From NCBI GenBank assembly GCA_017513085.1, contig JAFWDK010000017.1, positions 1 to 56,809 of the forward strand: DNA of 56,809 nucleotides. Reading direction: 5' to 3'. The position numbers and the translations under genes are program-made. This stretch comes from Clostridiales bacterium. GTDB lineage: Bacteria; Bacillota; Clostridia; Saccharofermentanales; Saccharofermentanaceae. Positions 10,482-20,146 of the stretch are shown here, in pieces (the first letter of the stretch is position 1; each line of letters opens with the position of its first letter). The notes under the pieces were generated by a model that searched no databases, had not been told where the DNA came from, and saw only the letters and a program-made list of their open reading frames with translations.

Positions 10482-11372
10482 ATGGGTTTTAAAAATATTC
10501 CGGGCATGATTAGCTCAGAATCTTCAGGAAGTACACCGACAATGTCACACAACATTATGTGTGTGCTGGGATTCATCATCTCACTGTCCTTCATTATTCT
10601 GTTATTGTGTTTTTTCACGATTTCCGCCATGAGATCCCCGCTTTTTCTGTTAGCCTCGATTTTCCTTGCTATTGCTGCACTGATCGTATCGAGCATCGGA
10701 TTATCGTCTTTCAAAAAAAGCAAACACCTTGGTTACGGATTTGGTATTGCGGGACTGGTCATCTCCATCACCGGCATCGTTACTACTATCATTATCTCAA
10801 TCGCTATGATTGCATTAAGCTCACTTCTTATGGGTAGGCTTCTTTCCCCTCGTACGAAAATTCCTTATACGGGACCGGTCAAAAGAATCGACAATTATGA
10901 AATCAGGATGGAGAACTCTTCGGATCCTTACGAAGCCATGCTGGCAACCTGGTATTGGAGCGGAGATCCGGGTGATAACTTGATTGAAATACCCGATACC
11001 TATGAGGGCATCACGCTCTGTGCTATCGGTGATACGAATTCAGATTCTTTTGAAATCAAAATCGATCCTGCCATTCAGAATTACGTGACACTGAGCGCAG
11101 ATACCACTGAGAACTCAGAAGCCTTAGCATCCGCCGTTCCGGAAGGAAGCATCATCCATTTTTCCGAAGTTGATTTCACATTGAAGGTAGGAAAAAACAT
11201 AAATATGGTAAGTATAGATGATTTCCCGACATATGGTATCTGGAACGAGGATGGAAGCATCACTTTCTATCACATCGAACTCACATATGAGTGTTCGCCC
11301 AACAATCCATACTTCGATTCAAAAGACGGAAAACTCTATAAAAATGGATCTGATACACCCATCCTGACATGA
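10482..11372 (+). CDS. Membrane protein with extracellular C-terminal domain
   Basis: Three N-terminal hydrophobic segments; start position uncertain. Confidence 0.65.
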   Translation: MGFKNIPGMISSESSGSTPTMSHNIMCVLGFIISLSFIILLLCFFTISAMRSPLFLLASIFLAIAALIVSSIGLSSFKKSKHLGYGFGIAGLVISITGIVTTIIISIAMIALSSLLMGRLLSPRTKIPYTGPVKRIDNYEIRMENSSDPYEAMLATWYWSGDPGDNLIEIPDTYEGITLCAIGDTNSDSFEIKIDPAIQNYVTLSADTTENSEALASAVPEGSIIHFSEVDFTLKVGKNINMVSIDDFPTYGIWNEDGSITFYHIELTYECSPNNPYFDSKDGKLYKNGSDTPILT

Positions 11373-11433
11373 TGTGCCAGTGGTTCGACTGATAAAGTAT
11401 ATCGACCCTTCTTTTCTCACTGAAGATAGGACA

Positions 11434-11916
11434 TTAACTATGCTTGCGGCCCTTTTTAGTCAGGATGCAATAACCAAGAATAGGACCGGCTACCATAGCA
11501 AGATAAACGAGTGTGATCCAAGGCTGGTATTCAATATAGAACTGTTTGAATGTAAGCTGCAACGGATGTGGGATGAGCACCCATCCGACAAGATCGATCA
11601 CGATGCTGATGCCCGACCACAATAATCCGGTCGTCAATGCTTTTTTGAAAGTCGGCTGTTTTAGTCCTTTTATGTAGATCAAACCAAAGATCGTGAAAAA
11701 GATGATATTGTACAAAGGATGCCATGCTCTTGTCGCCTCATAGCCTTCGCCCAATCCCGGACCCTGAGACATAGAACCCATATTCAATACGAGCACATTG
11801 AAGAATGTATGTCCAACTCCGATTATCGTCACCACATAGTAGCTGATCCAGTACCATAACATCGATCTGCCAAACTGACGCTTTGTATTTTCCTTAACCT
11901 GCAATTCCTTTTCCAT
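11434..11916 (-). CDS. Conserved-type membrane protein of unknown function
   Basis: RBS GAGGAG; four hydrophobic segments. Confidence 0.75.
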   Translation of the reverse strand: MEKELQVKENTKRQFGRSMLWYWISYYVVTIIGVGHTFFNVLVLNMGSMSQGPGLGEGYEATRAWHPLYNIIFFTIFGLIYIKGLKQPTFKKALTTGLLWSGISIVIDLVGWVLIPHPLQLTFKQFYIEYQPWITLVYLAMVAGPILGYCILTKKGRKHS

Positions 11917-12044
11917 TAATCTTGCTCCTCATCTTTCGTAGTATGTCACTATTGTAGTTTTCATGAAAAACAGAATCTTTATGGAAATCTGATATGTTTC
12001 TTAAAAATCTCTTAAACGGCTGTGCGCAGAATATTGTTTGTTAA

Positions 12045-12074
12045 TTGACAAACGTTTGTTCTGTTTTGTATAAT
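12045..12074 (+). promoter_or_regulatory. Sigma-A promoter with putative LexA (SOS) box
   Basis: TTGACA 12045, TATAAT 12069; AAACgtttGTTC at 12050-12061 is GAAC-N4-GTTT on the minus strand. Confidence 0.65.
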
Positions 12075-12126
12075 GTAGTTGTTAGTTTGATGTACACTGC
12101 CCGGCACGATCGAGGAGGAAAGTAAC

Positions 12127-13182
12127 ATGAATAAAGAATGGTCCGAAATGAATAAGAATATGCAGACCCTGATCGGAAAAGAAGCGACTTTTGCCGAAGG
12201 AATAGATGCGCTCATCGAACTTCGGGAAGTGCTTTTCGAGCAGATCACATCGATCGTGAATAACTATCCGGCAGAGGCATTTTATCAGATGCCTTTTGCA
12301 GGAGCGGAAGGATACCACAGTAAGACGCTCGTCTACTCGATGTGGCACATCTTCCGTATCGAGGATATCGTGGCGCATGAACTGATCGGGAAAGACACGC
12401 AGGTGCTCTTTGCAGGAAACTGGCAAAAGAAGACGAAGAGCCCGATCATTACGACGGGAAATGAACTTCACGACGAGGGGCTCGTTTCTTTTTCCCGGGA
12501 ACTGGACACGAAGGCTGTGTTCGAGTACTGCCGTTCCGTGAAGGACGCCTCGGATGGGATTCTCCGCAAGTTGACGTATGCGGATCTGAAGAGAACATTT
12601 ACAGACGAAGATAAAAAACGGATCCTCGATAGTGGCAGCGTAAGCACGGACGAGAGCGCTGTGTGGCTGATCGATTACTGGTGCGATAAAGATCTGAAGG
12701 GACTTCTGAAGATGCCTTTCAGCCGACACTGGATCATGCATATTGAGGCGATGTGCCGTATTAAGAACAAGCTCTGCCAGAAGGCGAAAAAGGGCGTCGA
12801 TCAGATCGCCTACTGCGGTCTTTCGTGCGCCCACTGCTTCTTGAAGGACTATTGCGGTTCGTGTAGAACACCGTACAACACCTGCTCGTATGCGACATGT
12901 TCACCGGACGGGGTGTGTCCGAATGCCGCGTGCTGTAAAGAGAAAGGCCTCGACGGATGCTACGAATGTGACGATATCCGGGAATGTAAGCGCGGCTTCT
13001 ATTCTCTCGGAAAAGAAGTCCATGCCATCAAATCGATGTCGCTTTTTATCTCCCGGCACGGGAAGAGAGAACTTCAGACGGTGCTTGAGAATCTCCATAA
13101 GAAGCAGGTATTCGAGAAGGTTCAGGAAGTCCTCGGTGACGACATAGATCAGGGCCTTCAGATCCTGGAGGAAAACAGATAA
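12127..13182 (+). CDS. DinB-family protein fused to Cys-rich DUF3795-like domain
   Basis: WHIFRIEDIV and SRHWIMHIEA DinB histidines; C-terminal AYCGLSCAHC...CCKEKGLDGCYEC. Confidence 0.8.
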   Translation: MNKEWSEMNKNMQTLIGKEATFAEGIDALIELREVLFEQITSIVNNYPAEAFYQMPFAGAEGYHSKTLVYSMWHIFRIEDIVAHELIGKDTQVLFAGNWQKKTKSPIITTGNELHDEGLVSFSRELDTKAVFEYCRSVKDASDGILRKLTYADLKRTFTDEDKKRILDSGSVSTDESAVWLIDYWCDKDLKGLLKMPFSRHWIMHIEAMCRIKNKLCQKAKKGVDQIAYCGLSCAHCFLKDYCGSCRTPYNTCSYATCSPDGVCPNAACCKEKGLDGCYECDDIRECKRGFYSLGKEVHAIKSMSLFISRHGKRELQTVLENLHKKQVFEKVQEVLGDDIDQGLQILEENR

Positions 13183-13229
13183 AGATGAACTGACTAAGAG
13201 GAGGTAACCCTTATCGGCATCATCTGAGA

Positions 13230-14189
13230 TCAGAGGATGGAAAAATCGATATGATTCGCCAAGTTCTCAAGATCCGTTCTGCTCATGGACTTAACATCTG
13301 CTGTGAAATCAAGTAAGACATTAACGGCTACAAAACTATCATCAAGATCCGCCAGGATCAGTGCTTTTGAGGAAGAAAGTGCAAGGAGCACTTCTTTACC
13401 GCTATTTGTCGTAAACGTCCACTGCTCGTAGTCGCCGATATTCGAAACATTCAGGAAGACTGTGTCGAACACGCCTTTCATGGAACGACGAAGCTGAAGG
13501 GTATATTCCCCGAACGTAGCATCAAATTGGAAAGATCCGTCCTCATAGTAGTAGCCGGAATATGTGGCATCACTCATGATCGTGCCGAACTTGGAATTAA
13601 GTTCCGAGTCAGAAGCACTGACTAAATTCTTGTGGAGTGAAAGGCCATACTTACCGGTGATCTCGTCAAACTTATCCGCCATCTCTTGTGACCAGATACT
13701 ATAATCGCCATACTTTTCTGCAAACACGTCTCTACCGGTGCGCTTGCACTCCTGATCGTATTGATCCATGATTGCACGATCCTGATCGTAGCTGTCTGTG
13801 AATTGTCTCCACTCCATGGCAGCCTTGTATTCAGGACTTTCTGAAAAACCTTGAAGAGAGATCATCTGCGAGTTGGAAGATCCATCCACAACACTCGGCT
13901 GTCCGGCAGATGAGGATTCTGTCTCAGATGGAAGTGCAACATCCTGCAAAGATCTTCCTGCAAGGCCCGCATAGGTTGCGATTCCGATTACGGTCACAAG
14001 TGAAGCTGCCACTGCGATAGTAATAAATCTTTTTCTTAAACTACGCTTATGGTTTACTGTGTTGGTACTCATATTCAGTTTCATTTTAGTCAACTCCTTG
14101 ATTCTTTCCGAGGAGACAACATTCTCTTCTTTCAGATCCACGGAAGAGTCTTCGAAATTATCTAAAAGGTCACGAATATTGATTTTCAT
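13230..14189 (-). CDS. Putative anti-sigma factor (single TM, extracellular domain)
   Basis: Overlaps the ECF sigma stop; KRFITIAVAASLVTVIGIATYA TM after cytoplasmic N-terminus. Confidence 0.75.
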   Translation of the reverse strand: MKINIRDLLDNFEDSSVDLKEENVVSSERIKELTKMKLNMSTNTVNHKRSLRKRFITIAVAASLVTVIGIATYAGLAGRSLQDVALPSETESSSAGQPSVVDGSSNSQMISLQGFSESPEYKAAMEWRQFTDSYDQDRAIMDQYDQECKRTGRDVFAEKYGDYSIWSQEMADKFDEITGKYGLSLHKNLVSASDSELNSKFGTIMSDATYSGYYYEDGSFQFDATFGEYTLQLRRSMKGVFDTVFLNVSNIGDYEQWTFTTNSGKEVLLALSSSKALILADLDDSFVAVNVLLDFTADVKSMSRTDLENLANHIDFSIL

Positions 14190-14742
14190 GTATATCGCCT
14201 CCTGCTGATGAATTAATGTTGTTGAGGTGTTGACGAAGCCGGTCACGTCCGCGGCGTAATTTGGTCTTGATCGTGGACGGGTTCATCTGCATTTGTTTTG
14301 ATATTTCCTGGATGCTCTGACTGTAGTAGTAAAATCGCAGGAAGATCTCTTTGTCCGGCTGTGGCATTGCATGAAGTGCTTTTCTAACCAGCTGGTCTCT
14401 CTCTTCCTGTTCGATCCTTTCAAAAGCCGAGTCATCATCTAAGATAAGAATGTCCTCGTCCAAAGGCAAATCCTGCACCTTCTCCCGCAATTTCTGCATG
14501 GATAGGCTTCGGGCCACGCGGCTCAAATAACCTTTCAGGTTCAAAGGATAGAGTTTTTCTGCGGCTTTCCATAAAGTCACAAACACATCCGACGTCACTT
14601 CCTCGACATCCGCATGACTCATGTTATCTTTAAGGAAACTATTTACCACGGTTCCCACATATGCACTGTATTTATCGATAAACCACTCCAGCGCATCCTG
14701 ATCACCTGACTTAAGCAAAGCCAGCGCTTTTGCATCGTTCAA
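14170..14742 (-). CDS. ECF RNA polymerase sigma factor
   Basis: DVEEVTSDVFVTLW region 2; EISKQMQMNPSTIKTKLRRGR region 4; probable TTG start after GAGGTG. Confidence 0.9.
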   Translation of the reverse strand: MNDAKALALLKSGDQDALEWFIDKYSAYVGTVVNSFLKDNMSHADVEEVTSDVFVTLWKAAEKLYPLNLKGYLSRVARSLSMQKLREKVQDLPLDEDILILDDDSAFERIEQEERDQLVRKALHAMPQPDKEIFLRFYYYSQSIQEISKQMQMNPSTIKTKLRRGRDRLRQHLNNINSSAGGDIHENQYS

Positions 14743-14925
14743 ACGTCTCACCTCGTATCCTGTACGGCCGTACATTTATAATAGTGCTTTTTCTGTGGAA
14801 ATGGTTTCACTTTTCCGAAAAAAACATATCGTATTTTTCGAATATAAAAGTACAAGTTCCACACCGGGATCAGATACGTCTTGAGAACGAGAATATAGCC
14901 GTACCACTACATCGATCACTTTGTA

Positions 14926-17397
14926 TCAGCCACGCTCCTGTACGACTGCTTTACTCCGCTTTTGAATGATCTTGATCACTTCATCCACAGTTCTGTCACC
15001 TGTGAAATAACCAGGTGCTTCTTCCTCTATGATCATCATGGCAGTAGGATCCGATGAACAGGATTCCCGAATACCCTCTATCACTTTCAAAAGCGCCTCA
15101 ATATGTTTCTCGTCCATATGAACAGATTCCATAGGCAACCACCGTGCCATATTCGAATCTGTCTCAGTCATTTTCCATCTGATTCGATCGGATTCGAAGC
15201 TTAGATCTACAAGGTCGTCAAAAGCTGTTCGATTGATAGGCATTCCGCCACTCCTTATAGCATGTACCAGTTGATTTTTCTCTTCAAACATGCAACGAAG
15301 AAAATCCCACGCCTCATCTTTGAATTGAGAAGTCTGGGAAATGGCGATCGATGAACTTATTTCCGCTTTCGCCCCATTTCCGTCTACACTGGGATTTCCG
15401 ACAAGGCATACATTCCCGTCACAATAATGGTAGAGATCGGCAAACTGTTGCGGATCATGAAATGATGTACTCATAGCAACAAGTGTGCCTGCAACAAACA
15501 TCTGCGCGTCGAACAAAAGAGAATCATCGTACATCAACTCGGCCTCAAGATCCACATTGGTTTTCGGTATTCCATAGTCCTTTACCATTCTCAGGATCTC
15601 ACGGAATTCAGGATCATCAAAATTGACTATCCTCTTATCATAGTTCAGTAAATGGCTGGTTGCGCCATTCATCAGCGTCTCCAGGAGTTCACTCTGTGTT
15701 ACATTGCCCACCAGTCTGACGCCCTGCGGAAGATCCTGCTCCAGATTCCGGAACTCTTCGTATGTCCAACCGATTCTTTCTCCGGAATATTCCTTGTTAG
15801 CCAGCATTCCGGTAACCGAAAAACTAAGAGGCATCTGATAAAGTTTTCCATCACGCTCACACGCCCTCAGTATATTATCAAAAAACAATTTTCGGTCCAG
15901 CGGCTTACTACCATCAATCAAAGTATTCAGATCCACCAGTGCTCTTTCTGTATTAAACTGTGAAAAAGAACCGAAGTTCAGAAGAATATCAGGTCCATCC
16001 CCGGACAGGATATCAAGATAGATCTGATCCACAATACTCGATTCTTCATTAGTCTTGAGAGCTTTCAGTGCAGACCAAGAAGACATCATCTCTGAACCCG
16101 TTGAGGCGTATAAGTCTTCTCCTGCATAGTCCAGAACAACAATACGTGTCTTCTTTCCCGGATCCGTATTGTATGTATTGATCAGCTTCAAGAAGTCTCC
16201 TTCCGGTGTACCGATCGAGGTCAGATAAATAATGCTCTTCCCTGCATTGGGGTTTTTCTCCAACCGATGCAGATGCATTAAGTATAAGGAAGTAGATCCG
16301 CCTCTGCCAATATATCCAAAAGATTCTGTACCACGCGTTTCACGTAACACATATATATCGTTATCTGAAGCAAAGTATGTGCTTGAACTCTCAATACCGG
16401 TATATACGCAGTCTGTATCACTCCAAGACAGGATCGTCTGCGGATCTTGTCCGGTAAGCAGGTCGTATTTTTTTATCCCGTTTCCCAGTGTGGCATACAC
16501 TCCATTTTGCCAAGGCATCAAAAGTTCTCCATGCACACGACAGGTCAACTCCAGTTTTTCTCCGATCTTTTTTCCGGTAGACGGATCAAGTTCAAACATG
16601 TACGTGGTTGGTGTAGCAAACGGATCATATGGATTCCCAGTCAAAAAATATACATAGAACTTCTCTCCTATCCGGAAAAACTTGACAATATTGCTGCCGA
16701 ATCCGAGTCTTTCTTCACTCAAAAGTTTTCCATTCGCATCATAAAGAAGAACTGAGGAGGAATCATAAGAAGAATCATAACAGAAAAAACTACCATTTCC
16801 CAAAAACAGCATATTTGTCCAACCGATAGTTCTGTCCAAAACAACTTCATTCGTAAGTTCTCCATCCGGAGAAATATCATAAAGAACAGAAGAACCATAC
16901 ATATATGTAGATTCTTCATAAGGTCTTAACAATATCTTCGCCTTACCGGAAGCATCTTCTGCCATTCCGACAACGTCGGTTCCGGAAGTAAAAATGTTAA
17001 ACTTTTTTAGTTTCCCATCCAGGCCGAAGACAGCCAGACCATCTCGCGAATAGCTTCTAACCTCGTCAAGAAGTTTCTTATATTCTTCAATATTCGAAGT
17101 GTTGTAATGAAAACTGTCGTATCTCTCTTGCAGTTCCAGCGGCTGAACATATTCTTCTTGGACAGATGCTACAACACAGTCTGAAAAAACTTTCGAATCC
17201 CTGATTGAACGATAATCCAGATCTCTTCCATCAGGATCTCCAAAATCCAGTTCAAATTCCTCGCAAGTGAAATACGGATCCGTCTCCTGTACTACTCTGC
17301 TTCTAGGTTCTTGTTTTTTCTTATTACAACCTGCAATCGGCAGGACCATAGCCATGCATAAACAAGCGGATAGTACACGAAGTGTTAGCTTTTTCAT
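14926..17397 (-). CDS. Large lipoprotein with C-terminal solute-binding-protein-like domain (paralog A)
   Basis: Lipobox IAGC; SGDGPDIL, DGKLYQMPLSF, GWTYEEF, AWDFL, EEAPGYF motifs; ends VVQERG. Confidence 0.85.
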   Translation of the reverse strand: MKKLTLRVLSACLCMAMVLPIAGCNKKKQEPRSRVVQETDPYFTCEEFELDFGDPDGRDLDYRSIRDSKVFSDCVVASVQEEYVQPLELQERYDSFHYNTSNIEEYKKLLDEVRSYSRDGLAVFGLDGKLKKFNIFTSGTDVVGMAEDASGKAKILLRPYEESTYMYGSSVLYDISPDGELTNEVVLDRTIGWTNMLFLGNGSFFCYDSSYDSSSVLLYDANGKLLSEERLGFGSNIVKFFRIGEKFYVYFLTGNPYDPFATPTTYMFELDPSTGKKIGEKLELTCRVHGELLMPWQNGVYATLGNGIKKYDLLTGQDPQTILSWSDTDCVYTGIESSSTYFASDNDIYVLRETRGTESFGYIGRGGSTSLYLMHLHRLEKNPNAGKSIIYLTSIGTPEGDFLKLINTYNTDPGKKTRIVVLDYAGEDLYASTGSEMMSSWSALKALKTNEESSIVDQIYLDILSGDGPDILLNFGSFSQFNTERALVDLNTLIDGSKPLDRKLFFDNILRACERDGKLYQMPLSFSVTGMLANKEYSGERIGWTYEEFRNLEQDLPQGVRLVGNVTQSELLETLMNGATSHLLNYDKRIVNFDDPEFREILRMVKDYGIPKTNVDLEAELMYDDSLLFDAQMFVAGTLVAMSTSFHDPQQFADLYHYCDGNVCLVGNPSVDGNGAKAEISSSIAISQTSQFKDEAWDFLRCMFEEKNQLVHAIRSGGMPINRTAFDDLVDLSFESDRIRWKMTETDSNMARWLPMESVHMDEKHIEALLKVIEGIRESCSSDPTAMMIIEEEAPGYFTGDRTVDEVIKIIQKRSKAVVQERG

Positions 17398-17440
17398 CTA
17401 TCACTGCCTCCTTGAGTGCATCAAAGAAAGAAACCAAAGG

Positions 17441-17511
17441 GGATTAGGATAGGCTTGGAAAGGATATCCTAATCTGTTACTCGTAGTGTAACAGATGCTT
17501 TCAGTATATCA
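17441..17511 (-). promoter_or_regulatory. Conserved promoter + double-hairpin leader, copy 1
   Basis: TGATATACT extended -10 then two overlapping inverted repeats; differs from copy 2 at two positions. Confidence 0.8.
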
Positions 17512-17520
17512 CGGCAAGCG

Positions 17521-17537
17521 CGATCGAGTGGGAGTAA
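17521..17537 (+). repeat. guaA-3'-end-like att scar, copy 2
   Basis: cgatcgagtgggagtaa, exact match to 25156-25172; reads IEWE-stop. Confidence 0.65.
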
Positions 17538-17615
17538 TTGAGCGGATGGTGAAAAAGCGACAAGAGAAAATGTGCTATAATACTTGTGAAATCTATGTTG
17601 CAGCAGGAATCAGGT

Positions 17616-18173
17616 ATGGCGAATTTTACGGAAAAAGCAATTAAGGAGACATTCCTTTCTCTGTTATCGGAAAGACCGCTCAGTCAGATCACAGTGAAGG
17701 ATATTGTCGAAAAATGCGGTGTGAACCGGAATTCTTTCTACTACCATTTCCGGGATATGAAAGCTTTGCTCGAAAGTATCGTGAAGGAAGATGTGGACCA
17801 AATCATGGCGGAACATCCGACTATCGATTCCTTGGAATCCGCATTTGCCACGACTATCGACTTTGCCGAAAAGAACCGTATGATCATCCAGCATATTTAT
17901 AACTCTGTTAACCGCGATGTTTTCGAACAGAATCTGTGGAAGGTCTGTGAATATGTGATCGCCACCTTCGGGGCAACTGCATTCGCAGGGACACCGGTCA
18001 GTGCTTTTGACAAAGAAGCCATATCCGAATACTATACCTGCCAGCTCTTCGGTGTCGCTGTCTTCTGGCTCCGGAGCGGGACGAAGAGTGACATTCACGA
18101 AAAAATATCTAGGATCTGTGAACTTCAGAGAGGCATTATCGAGGAAACCATCCAGAGAAGTTTAGACAGATAA
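17616..18173 (+). CDS. TetR/AcrR family regulator
   Basis: ITVKDIVEKCGVNRNSFYYHF. Confidence 0.9.
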   Translation: MANFTEKAIKETFLSLLSERPLSQITVKDIVEKCGVNRNSFYYHFRDMKALLESIVKEDVDQIMAEHPTIDSLESAFATTIDFAEKNRMIIQHIYNSVNRDVFEQNLWKVCEYVIATFGATAFAGTPVSAFDKEAISEYYTCQLFGVAVFWLRSGTKSDIHEKISRICELQRGIIEETIQRSLDR

Positions 18174-18314
18174 GCCCTTTTGCCTAAAAATTCGACATCT
18201 GGCAACTCGTGTATGAAAACCGTACACGAGTCTTTTTTTGTCCGTTGTGACTGATTCTTCGGGTCGGTAATATGAACACGTTCTTCAAGGATGATGAATT
18301 AAAGGAGGCTTTAT

Positions 18315-19238
18315 ATGAGTGTAATCGAAGTGGAACACTTGACGAAAGACTATGGATTTGGACGCGGTGTCTTTGATGTATCTTTTCATGTGGATGAAGG
18401 CGAGGTCTTCGGATTTCTCGGACCAAACGGTGCGGGAAAATCTACGACGATCCGTCATCTGATGGGTTTTTCCAAGCCGGGTGACGGACACACGCGGATA
18501 TTCGGAAAAGAAACGTTTGCCAGATATGACCAGATCCTGAAAAATGTCGGGTATATCCCCGGCGAGATTGCGCTTCCGGCCGGACTTACCGGATGGGAAT
18601 TTCTTCGTATGATGCATCATGGAAAAGATGAAACGAAAATGAGAGAACTTCTGGATCTGTTTGAACTGGATCCGTCCGGAGAGACAAAGCGGATGAGTCT
18701 TGGCGTGAAAAGAAAGCTGGCTGTGGTTTCGGCGTTCATGAATGACCCGGATGTGCTAATCCTGGATGAACCGACAAGCGGTCTGGATCCGGTGATGCAG
18801 AATGTCTTTATTGACTACATCCGAAATGAGAAAAAGAAAGGAAAAACGATCCTTCTTTCCAGCCATATTTTCTCAGAAGTCGATGCAACCTGTGATCGGA
18901 TCGCAATCATCAAGGATGGAAAGATCGTATCGGATTTTGTAGCAGATGATCTGCGTCATGCATCCCAGAAAAACTACAGTCTCACCTTTTCCCGTCCTAT
19001 TGATTTCGAAGGATTCCTAAGTACCTGCGAAGAAGGAAAAAAGATCTCGATCCTGGAAACGTCCCGCAAGGATCTGAAAGTGATTGTTTCTGTAAACGAT
19101 GCGGACATCAATGAACTGGTCAGTAGACTTTGTGACTTCCCGGTATGCGGGTTCGTGCATCTGAAAGAGACCCTCGAGGATTACTTCATGAAATATTACA
19201 AAGAAGAAAAAGACTTTGGAGGTGCTTTTGCAAAATGA
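18315..19238 (+). CDS. ABC exporter ATP-binding protein
   Basis: GPNGAGKST, MSLG signature, ILDEPTSGLD, SSH. Confidence 0.92.
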   Translation: MSVIEVEHLTKDYGFGRGVFDVSFHVDEGEVFGFLGPNGAGKSTTIRHLMGFSKPGDGHTRIFGKETFARYDQILKNVGYIPGEIALPAGLTGWEFLRMMHHGKDETKMRELLDLFELDPSGETKRMSLGVKRKLAVVSAFMNDPDVLILDEPTSGLDPVMQNVFIDYIRNEKKKGKTILLSSHIFSEVDATCDRIAIIKDGKIVSDFVADDLRHASQKNYSLTFSRPIDFEGFLSTCEEGKKISILETSRKDLKVIVSVNDADINELVSRLCDFPVCGFVHLKETLEDYFMKYYKEEKDFGGAFAK

Positions 19239-20146
19239 CTGCTGTGATAGAACTAAAGAAACTGACAAAAGATTACGGGCAGAGCCGGGGCATCTTCGAT
19301 ATCGATCTTTCCATTGACGAAGGAGAGATGGTGGGATTCGCCGGAACGAATGGAAGCGGCAAGACCACGACGATTCGAAACATCATGGGCTTTTTGGAAC
19401 CGACATCCGGTCATGCGTATATATATGGCAAAGAGGCCTGGAAGCATTCGAGCGAATATTTGAAGGATATCGGTTATGTCCCCGGCGAGATTGCTTTTCC
19501 GGATCTCCCGACGGGTACGGCTTTCCTGAAAAGCCAGGCGAATTTTCTGGGCGTGAAGGACATGTCATACGCGGAAAAAATGATTGAGAAGCTTCAGCTG
19601 GATCCGCGTGCTTCCCTGAAGAGGATGAGTAAGGGTATGAAGCAGAAGACGGCCATCGTAGCGGCTCTGATGGCGGATCCGAGAATACTGATCCTGGACG
19701 AACCGACAACAGGTCTGGATCCGCTGATGCGGGATGCCTTCCTCGACATCATCAAAGAAGAACATGCACGTGGAAAGACGATCTTCATGAGCAGCCACAT
19801 GTTCGAAGAACTGGAAACGACATGCCAGCGGGTCGCTCTGATATCAAACGGCAGGATCGTGGATATCGCAGATATGGATGCGATCCGGAATCCTACGAAG
19901 AGACAATATAAGGTCGAGTTCAAGAAAATAGACGAATACGAGCGATTCAAGACTTTATCCTATGAGATCGTACGAGATCAGGAGAAGCATCTTCAGGTCA
20001 CGGTATCTCTTCCAGGTTCGGAACTGAACAGGCTTTTCCACGATCTGAAAGGGAGCGATGTCCGCTTTATCTCGGAGGTACAGTATAACCTCGACAAGTA
20101 TTTCCGTTCGAAACTTTTTGCAGAAACCGACAAGGAGGAAAAATAA
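19235..20146 (+). CDS. ABC exporter ATP-binding protein (second, paralogous)
   Basis: GTNGSGKTT, MSKGMKQK, ILDEPTTGLD; ATGA overlap with previous stop. Confidence 0.92.
   Translation: MTAVIELKKLTKDYGQSRGIFDIDLSIDEGEMVGFAGTNGSGKTTTIRNIMGFLEPTSGHAYIYGKEAWKHSSEYLKDIGYVPGEIAFPDLPTGTAFLKSQANFLGVKDMSYAEKMIEKLQLDPRASLKRMSKGMKQKTAIVAALMADPRILILDEPTTGLDPLMRDAFLDIIKEEHARGKTIFMSSHMFEELETTCQRVALISNGRIVDIADMDAIRNPTKRQYKVEFKKIDEYERFKTLSYEIVRDQEKHLQVTVSLPGSELNRLFHDLKGSDVRFISEVQYNLDKYFRSKLFAETDKEEK

Noticed and set aside
7276-14927. Shared 16-mer cactacatcgatcact at 7276 and 14905 (21/23 when extended)
   Set aside because: One match of this length is near chance expectation in 57 kb and I found no third copy.
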